Positions 27,397 through 32,000 of a stretch of DNA of 32,000 nucleotides are shown piece after piece. Within the stretch, counting starts at the first letter, position 1, and each line of letters opens with the position of its first letter. The translations under genes were made by a program, and so were the position numbers. Under the pieces are notes generated by a model, which searched no databases, had not been told where the DNA came from, and saw only the letters and a program-made list of their open reading frames with translations. Source of the stretch: Candidatus Methanomassiliicoccus intestinalis Issoire-Mx1 (lineage in GTDB: Archaea > Thermoplasmatota > Thermoplasmata > Methanomassiliicoccales > Methanomassiliicoccaceae); NCBI RefSeq assembly GCF_000404225.1, contig NC_021353.1, forward strand, positions 808,371-840,370, written 5' to 3'.

Positions 27397-28688
27397 AACC
27401 ACTCTTGAACATTTTAAGAAAAGAAATTAAGGAGCTTCTTACGCCTGCAACTTTCATACCAGTTGTAATCATAGCGATTCTTTTTGCTTCGTTAGGCGGA
27501 TTCATGAGTGGTATAACTGATGATCTGACTGAAACTCCTGCAGTTGGTATTGTTGATGAAGACAATGGCAACCTTTCCACAATAGTCTTGGATTCCATAA
27601 CGAGTAATTCTAAACCTATCAGCCTCGATGACAATATGGATATAAATCAAATGCTTGAGAAGGTGAAAAGTTCAGATGGAACCGCATTAATAATCATTCC
27701 AGAGGGATTCAGTGAAACTATAGCGAGCGGCAAGCAAGCCTCTCTGGATGTATATTACATCATGAACTCAACAGGTATGTTGGAGTCTTTCCCCTCATCA
27801 ATGGTTATGGCGATCATATCCCAAGCTTCCAATGATCTGTCTGCTCATATGATTGAAAAATCAGGCATATCTTCAGACATACCCACAGCTGTATTGCAGA
27901 ACCCTATTTCTCAGGGAACTAATGTGAATACATATTTCAATGGAAATGTCATGGAAGATATTACTCCAGATTTGGTTAGCGCTTCCCTTTCGTCTAATTC
28001 ATTCATTGTCCCCATAATCGTGATGATGATTGTTATCATGGCAGGCGGAATTGTAATCTCTTCAATGGGTATGGAAAAAGAGAACAAAACGCTCGAGACT
28101 CTGTTGACTATGCCTGTAAAGCGTAGTCAGATTGTAGTAGGAAAGCTAGCTGCAGCCGCAATAGTAGGCTTGGTCATGGCTTTGATTTACATGGTTGGTA
28201 TGATTATCTACATGGATTCTCTAATGTCTGGTGCTCAAGTAGATCTTGTACAGTATGGTATGTCTCTAGGGATTGTTGATTATCTATTGCTCGGCATATC
28301 ATTGTTCCTTGCCATTCTTTCTGCTCTAGCACTCTGCATGATACTGGGAATATTTGCTAAAGATTACAAAACTGCTCAGGGACTCATCATGCCTGTAACA
28401 TTTTTGGCAATGGTACCATTCTTTGTGATTATGCTGTTTGATTTCAACGCTCTACCAACAGCTATACAGGGACTTTTGTTTGCAATTCCATTCAGTCACC
28501 CTATGATGGCAATAAATAATCTGATGCTGGATAATTATTCGATAGTTCTTGCAGGTATAGGGTACGAACTGCTCTTTGCAGCAGTAATGATTGTAATTGC
28601 AGTCATACTGTTCAAAAAAGACATTCTGATCACAGGCCGTTCAAAGAAAAAACCCAAAAATCAAATAGTGAATGAGGAAGGCCAATAA
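27393..28688 (+). CDS. ABC-2 permease (NatB-like)
   Basis: ILRKEIKELLTPATFIPVV, EKENKTLETLLTMPVKRSQIVVGKL, several hydrophobic segments; 4-nt overlap with the ATPase gene. Confidence 0.9.
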   Translation: MKPLLNILRKEIKELLTPATFIPVVIIAILFASLGGFMSGITDDLTETPAVGIVDEDNGNLSTIVLDSITSNSKPISLDDNMDINQMLEKVKSSDGTALIIIPEGFSETIASGKQASLDVYYIMNSTGMLESFPSSMVMAIISQASNDLSAHMIEKSGISSDIPTAVLQNPISQGTNVNTYFNGNVMEDITPDLVSASLSSNSFIVPIIVMMIVIMAGGIVISSMGMEKENKTLETLLTMPVKRSQIVVGKLAAAAIVGLVMALIYMVGMIIYMDSLMSGAQVDLVQYGMSLGIVDYLLLGISLFLAILSALALCMILGIFAKDYKTAQGLIMPVTFLAMVPFFVIMLFDFNALPTAIQGLLFAIPFSHPMMAINNLMLDNYSIVLAGIGYELLFAAVMIVIAVILFKKDILITGRSKKKPKNQIVNEEGQ

Positions 28689-28696
28689 TCCTTCCT
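28675..28696. terminator. Hairpin with the ABC permease stop codon in its loop
   Basis: AGGAAGG-CCAATAAT-CCTTCCT; minus-strand small ORF stops immediately adjacent. Confidence 0.45.
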
Positions 28697-28855
28697 TCAT
28701 TCATCTTCTTTTTTTGAAACATACTTTTCATAAAACGTCCACAGCCCCCACACTATCAAAAAAATTCCTACGATCCAATTAAGCAGATCTCTGAATACGA
28801 TGACTAATATACCAAATATTATGGCTATGATCGCCAACCACAAACTAGAATTCAT
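28697..28855 (-). CDS. Small membrane protein, 52 aa (missing from ORF track)
   Basis: My translation: MNSSLWLAIIAIIFGILVIVFRDLLNWIVGIFLIVWGLWTFYEKYVSKKEDE*; DUF3096-like hydrophobic pattern; shares a terminator-like hairpin with the ABC permease. Confidence 0.65.
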   Translation of the reverse strand: MNSSLWLAIIAIIFGILVIVFRDLLNWIVGIFLIVWGLWTFYEKYVSKKEDE

Positions 28856-29312
28856 ATCTTGTTAATCTCTAAGTACAGTTGATAATCTCATTGTGATTTC
28901 ATAACGAAAAATAATGATATTGGCGTTATAACAGCGATATCAGTATGTTTTTCAATTTCAAATATGATTAGTTTGCTATGTAGCAAATGCTGTTAAATGT
29001 ACTAAGGGGCCAGCTTGGTAGAATGTGCCTGATTATTGCAAACACAACCTATCAGAACGAGGTTGCGAACTATTTTCAAGCACATATCTGTAATATGTAT
29101 AGTTCACAAGATCATATTACTCTCCATGATCAACACCTTTACAACATATCAACACCACTTCATGAACTCTTCAATGATGAAATTGTATTAAAATAGTCTA
29201 AACTGGATCTCGTATATACCAAATTGCTGTTGTGTGTTACTAGACTAAGATCTTCTGAACAGAATATAATCTGGTAATCATCTAAGGCTAAGCCAGGTCA
29301 TCACACAATATT

Positions 29313-29321
29313 TAAGTATCT
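29313..29321 (+). promoter_or_regulatory. TATA-like element for the S25e-like gene
   Basis: ATATTTAAG about 40 nt upstream of the TTG start at 29354. Confidence 0.35.
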
Positions 29322-29353
29322 AACGGATACTCTTCCTTTCTGGAGACAACATA

Positions 29354-29686
29354 TTGGCATCGAATACAGCATACAATAAGTTCGGCAATGATCGTAAACA
29401 GCAATCCTCTAAGAAGCGTCCTAAGAATCAGACTCCAAGGACTTCTATGCTAAACCTTCATAGACTCGGACCATTCAAATATGATTTAAGAGAGATACTG
29501 AATGCATCACCAATGGACAAATCAATGATTCCTACCGTTGTAGCAAATATCATTGCCAAAGCGTCCAGAGTATCAGTAAGAGAAACTAAAGAATATATCC
29601 GCAGTATTGAAGCAGAAGGTGTAATTGATAAAATTGCTGCTGACGATACCTGCACACTACTTGATCGTTATTCAAAGTGGAGATAA
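29354..29686 (+). CDS. Basic winged-helix protein, possibly 30S ribosomal protein S25e-like
   Basis: Basic N-terminus then MIPTVVANIIAKASRVSVRETKEYIRSIEAEGVIDKI, matching the ITPSVVSERLKI...LARRALRELEEKGLI pattern; TTG start. Confidence 0.5.
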   Translation: MASNTAYNKFGNDRKQQSSKKRPKNQTPRTSMLNLHRLGPFKYDLREILNASPMDKSMIPTVVANIIAKASRVSVRETKEYIRSIEAEGVIDKIAADDTCTLLDRYSKWR

Positions 29687-29735
29687 GCAAAACTGATTTT
29701 TCAATAATGACTAGCTGAACGTCCTTATTGTTTAT

Positions 29736-29809
29736 AATCGCAATGCAGTCATATGTGAGATTTCAGCATAACGATCAGTTTATGCTGCTTGTTTTCTCAC
29801 TTTGCGATT
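29736..29809. ncRNA. Candidate structured RNA / long imperfect hairpin
   Basis: Nested stems AATCGCAA/TTGCGATT (29736-29743/29802-29809), GTGAGA/TCTCAC (29755-29760/29795-29800), CAGCATAA/TTATGCTG (29764-29771/29780-29787). Confidence 0.4.
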
Positions 29810-29818
29810 CTTCGTAGA

Positions 29819-29854
29819 TCTTTATGCGGTTTGTAGTAGTTTACTGCATAAAGA
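29819..29854. repeat. Inverted repeat, 12-bp stem with one G-U
   Basis: TCTTTATGCGGT-N12-ACTGCATAAAGA. Confidence 0.5.
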
Positions 29855-29943
29855 AAGTCGCTCATATGTTACAGAATGCGTTCTTTTGAAACTATGTCAA
29901 CATTCTAAATATATCTGGAGTATAATTTGGATTATGTGGGATT

Positions 29944-29974
29944 CGCAGTGAAGATCTGTAGCTGTCTCACTGCG
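29944..29974. repeat. Perfect 8-bp inverted repeat
   Basis: CGCAGTGA-N15-TCACTGCG. Confidence 0.45.
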
Positions 29975-30010
29975 TATTACCCTCGCCGAAGCTTCATTTT
30001 TATTGATTGA

Positions 30011-30040
30011 AGAGTGAGTTATATGCAATAACTCAGCTCT
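30011..30040. terminator. Hairpin overlapping the DEAD-box helicase stop codon
   Basis: AGAGTGAGTTAT-ATGCA-ATAACTCA(G)CTCT, 12 bp with one bulge. Confidence 0.45.
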
Positions 30041-31442
30041 TATATGGTCTTGCACCTAACCGTTTTCCTTTAAAGTTCATCTGGTTTAGAGATCTAATTG
30101 CACGCATAGCGACACTTTTATGCAATTCTATTACGGATGTTTTAGCTCCAATCGTTATTTTTCCAATCATCATCTCACTTATTCTGGCTTTTCTTATCAG
30201 GAGCTCTAAAATCTCATTGGTAGTAGTTCCAGTAGAGCATCCAGCTGATATTTCAATATTGACCATTCCGAAAATATCTGCCATCTCGTCAAAGTCAAGC
30301 ACCTCATGCACGTTTGCATTTGTTTTTTCAGTTGTGGTTGGAACTTCAAACTTAGGAATTTTTGTCTCTGTAAATGCTTCTACGGCCTCAAGAAGGTGCA
30401 TCTCATCCGAAGATACGAATGTTATGGCTCTTCCTTCTTTACCTGCTCTTCCAGTACGACCTATGCGGTGGACATATGTTTCAGGGCTATCTGGAATGTC
30501 ATAATTGACAACCATCACAACTCCTTCGATATCTAATCCTCTCGCAGCCACATCAGTTGCTATCAGGATGTTTGTTTTACCTGATCTAAAATCTTTTAGA
30601 ACCCTTTCTCTTTTGGATTGGGAAAGATCTCCATGAATCGCCGCCACTGGGTATCCATAGGATTTCAATCTTTTTTCAATCATATCTACTATGAATTTTG
30701 TTTGTGCAAATACAATTGTTTTAGGTTTGTTAGCCTCAAGAATTCTACAGAGAGCCCAAATTTTATTTCTTCTGCCTATTGGGACGTACATTTGTTCTGT
30801 ATTAGGAAGAACTAATATGTCTTCAGATACTGAAATCGTCTGAGGATCTTTCATATATTTCTCGCTAAGAGCATGTATTTCACTAGGCATAGTTGCTGAG
30901 AACAACAGTGTCTGGTGGTTTTTCGGAAGCTTTGAAAGAACATACTTTATATCATCAATAAATCCCATGTCTAACATTCTGTCTGCTTCATCCAGTACCA
31001 TGTATTTTATTTCAGCAAGATCAAGAGTGCCTCTGTGAAGATGATCAATAACTCTTCCGGGTGTTCCGACAACTATGTCGACTCCCTGTCGCATGGCATT
31101 TATCTGGGGTTCGATCCCGGCTCCACCATAGACTGATAGAATCCTTAGGGAAACGTACTCTCCCAATCTTTTCATTTCTTCAGAAACCTGAACTGCAAGC
31201 TCTCTTGTAGGGCATAATATCAGGGCCGACGGCTTCTTCTTAGGTTCAATCATCTGTAGCAATGGGATACCAAATGCTGCAGTTTTTCCTGTACCTGTTT
31301 GAGCCTGTCCGATTATGTCATGCCCTTCAAGAATGACGGGTATTGTAGCGATCTGGACTGGAGACGGTTCTTCCCAGTCCATACTTCTTATTGCATCAAG
31401 TATACGGTCGTCAATACCCAATGATTCGAAAGTTTTAAGCAT
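30033..31442 (-). CDS. DEAD-box RNA helicase with DbpA-type C-terminal domain
   Basis: AQTGTGKTAAF, PTRELAVQV, TPGRVIDHL, LDEADRMLDMGF, FSATMP, ATDVAARGLDI, HRIGRTGR; GTTTNEILELLIRKARI...IRSLNQMNFKGKRLGARPYK tail. Confidence 0.96.
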   Translation of the reverse strand: MLKTFESLGIDDRILDAIRSMDWEEPSPVQIATIPVILEGHDIIGQAQTGTGKTAAFGIPLLQMIEPKKKPSALILCPTRELAVQVSEEMKRLGEYVSLRILSVYGGAGIEPQINAMRQGVDIVVGTPGRVIDHLHRGTLDLAEIKYMVLDEADRMLDMGFIDDIKYVLSKLPKNHQTLLFSATMPSEIHALSEKYMKDPQTISVSEDILVLPNTEQMYVPIGRRNKIWALCRILEANKPKTIVFAQTKFIVDMIEKRLKSYGYPVAAIHGDLSQSKRERVLKDFRSGKTNILIATDVAARGLDIEGVVMVVNYDIPDSPETYVHRIGRTGRAGKEGRAITFVSSDEMHLLEAVEAFTETKIPKFEVPTTTEKTNANVHEVLDFDEMADIFGMVNIEISAGCSTGTTTNEILELLIRKARISEMMIGKITIGAKTSVIELHKSVAMRAIRSLNQMNFKGKRLGARPYKS

Positions 31443-31526
31443 AATTCATCACACGATAAGTATCGTCTCCTGTCATCTGGAGGAAACTATGAAGCAGGAT
31501 AAGCAGAGTCCATATAAAACATTGTA

Positions 31527-32000
31527 TCATGTTTTTTCTGATACTAATTTCTTAAGTCCACTTATGGCTTTTTCGATGTTGGATATGCTTCCTTTTCTAC
31601 ATTCATGCTTAAATCCCAACTCATCAGCAAATTTTTCCGATAATTCTCTATAAGATCCATCGCTGTCTACTCCGGTATCAACATATAAACATCTTGAATA
31701 TGAGTCAAAAACCACATCTAAAAAAAAGTCTGCTGAATACCCTTGATCCTCAAGTTCGTTCAAATGTAATTCTTTTATGATGCCTTCTTTTCCTATTTCT
31801 GCCCATCCAGGCGTGCTGAACCAAGTGCCTGTACATATCTTCTTTTCATTTTTATATTCTTCAGGCCCCAAGACTGCTTCAATACAGTCAACACCCTCAA
31901 TCATCATCGCTGGAATATCCAATTCATCAGTAAAGTTTTCTAAAGCCTGACAGACTGCATATCCTATTAAAATGCCATCAACATCCTTTTTAACATCATC
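31527..32000 (-). CDS. DUF1638 protein, 5'-truncated by the window edge
   Basis: Frame stays open to 32000: DVKKDVDGILIGYAVCQALENFTDELDIPAMMIEGVDCIEAVLGPEEYKN...FSTPGW, matching DUF1638 (LGYGxC / DCI / LLG / PGW). Confidence 0.85.
   Translation of the reverse strand, partial: DDVKKDVDGILIGYAVCQALENFTDELDIPAMMIEGVDCIEAVLGPEEYKNEKKICTGTWFSTPGWAEIGKEGIIKELHLNELEDQGYSADFFLDVVFDSYSRCLYVDTGVDSDGSYRELSEKFADELGFKHECRKGSISNIEKAISGLKKLVSEKT

Noticed and set aside
29005-29080. tRNA-like words (GGCCAGCTTGGTAGAATGTGCC ... GGTTGCGAAC)
   Set aside because: D-arm and T-arm resemblance only; the acceptor ends do not pair and no proper anticodon stem is visible.
29850-29885. GAAAGTCGC...ACAGAA resembling RNase P RNA conserved regions
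   Set aside because: The two motifs are far too close together and other conserved regions are missing.
30007-30504. 165-aa + strand ORF over the DEAD-box helicase C-terminus
   Set aside because: Antisense shadow ORF without family motifs.

Overview
This 32 kb window is a moderately AT-rich, gene-dense archaeal segment. Gene content (RfcS, L40e, TATA-type promoters, G3E GTPase, cobyric acid synthase, DUF1638, FolC instead of recognisable H4MPT genes) fits a methanogen of Thermoplasmatota, probably Methanomassiliicoccales; this placement is inference. Most genes are housekeeping or transport: rfcS, eno, nicotinate phosphoribosyltransferase, OsmC, two ABC export cassettes, topA, a NikR-like regulator, an FUSC-type membrane protein, a stand-alone asparagine-synthase-like protein, folC, nth, a 1326-aa RecB-like nuclease/SF1 helicase fusion, two tandem cobyric-acid-synthase paralogs (one lacking the glutaminase domain) and a DEAD-box helicase. 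I found no CRISPR array, transposon, rRNA or convincing tRNA. The most notable observations are: (1) every convergent gene junction carries an inverted-repeat hairpin, usually enclosing one or both stop codons; (2) a long three-tier hairpin at 29736-29809, followed by more stem-loops, in a non-coding gap; (3) a perfect dyad between a TATA box and a truncated G3E GTPase gene that is linked to a small CxC/CxxC protein and an uncharacterised partner; (4) a GC-rich hairpin that sequesters the Shine-Dalgarno sequence of an ABC ATPase gene; (5) the split/duplicated CobQ pair; (6) Nth with a Cys-to-His change at an Fe-S ligand position; (7) a possible AbiV-like protein. No complete defence system can be demonstrated from sequence alone.
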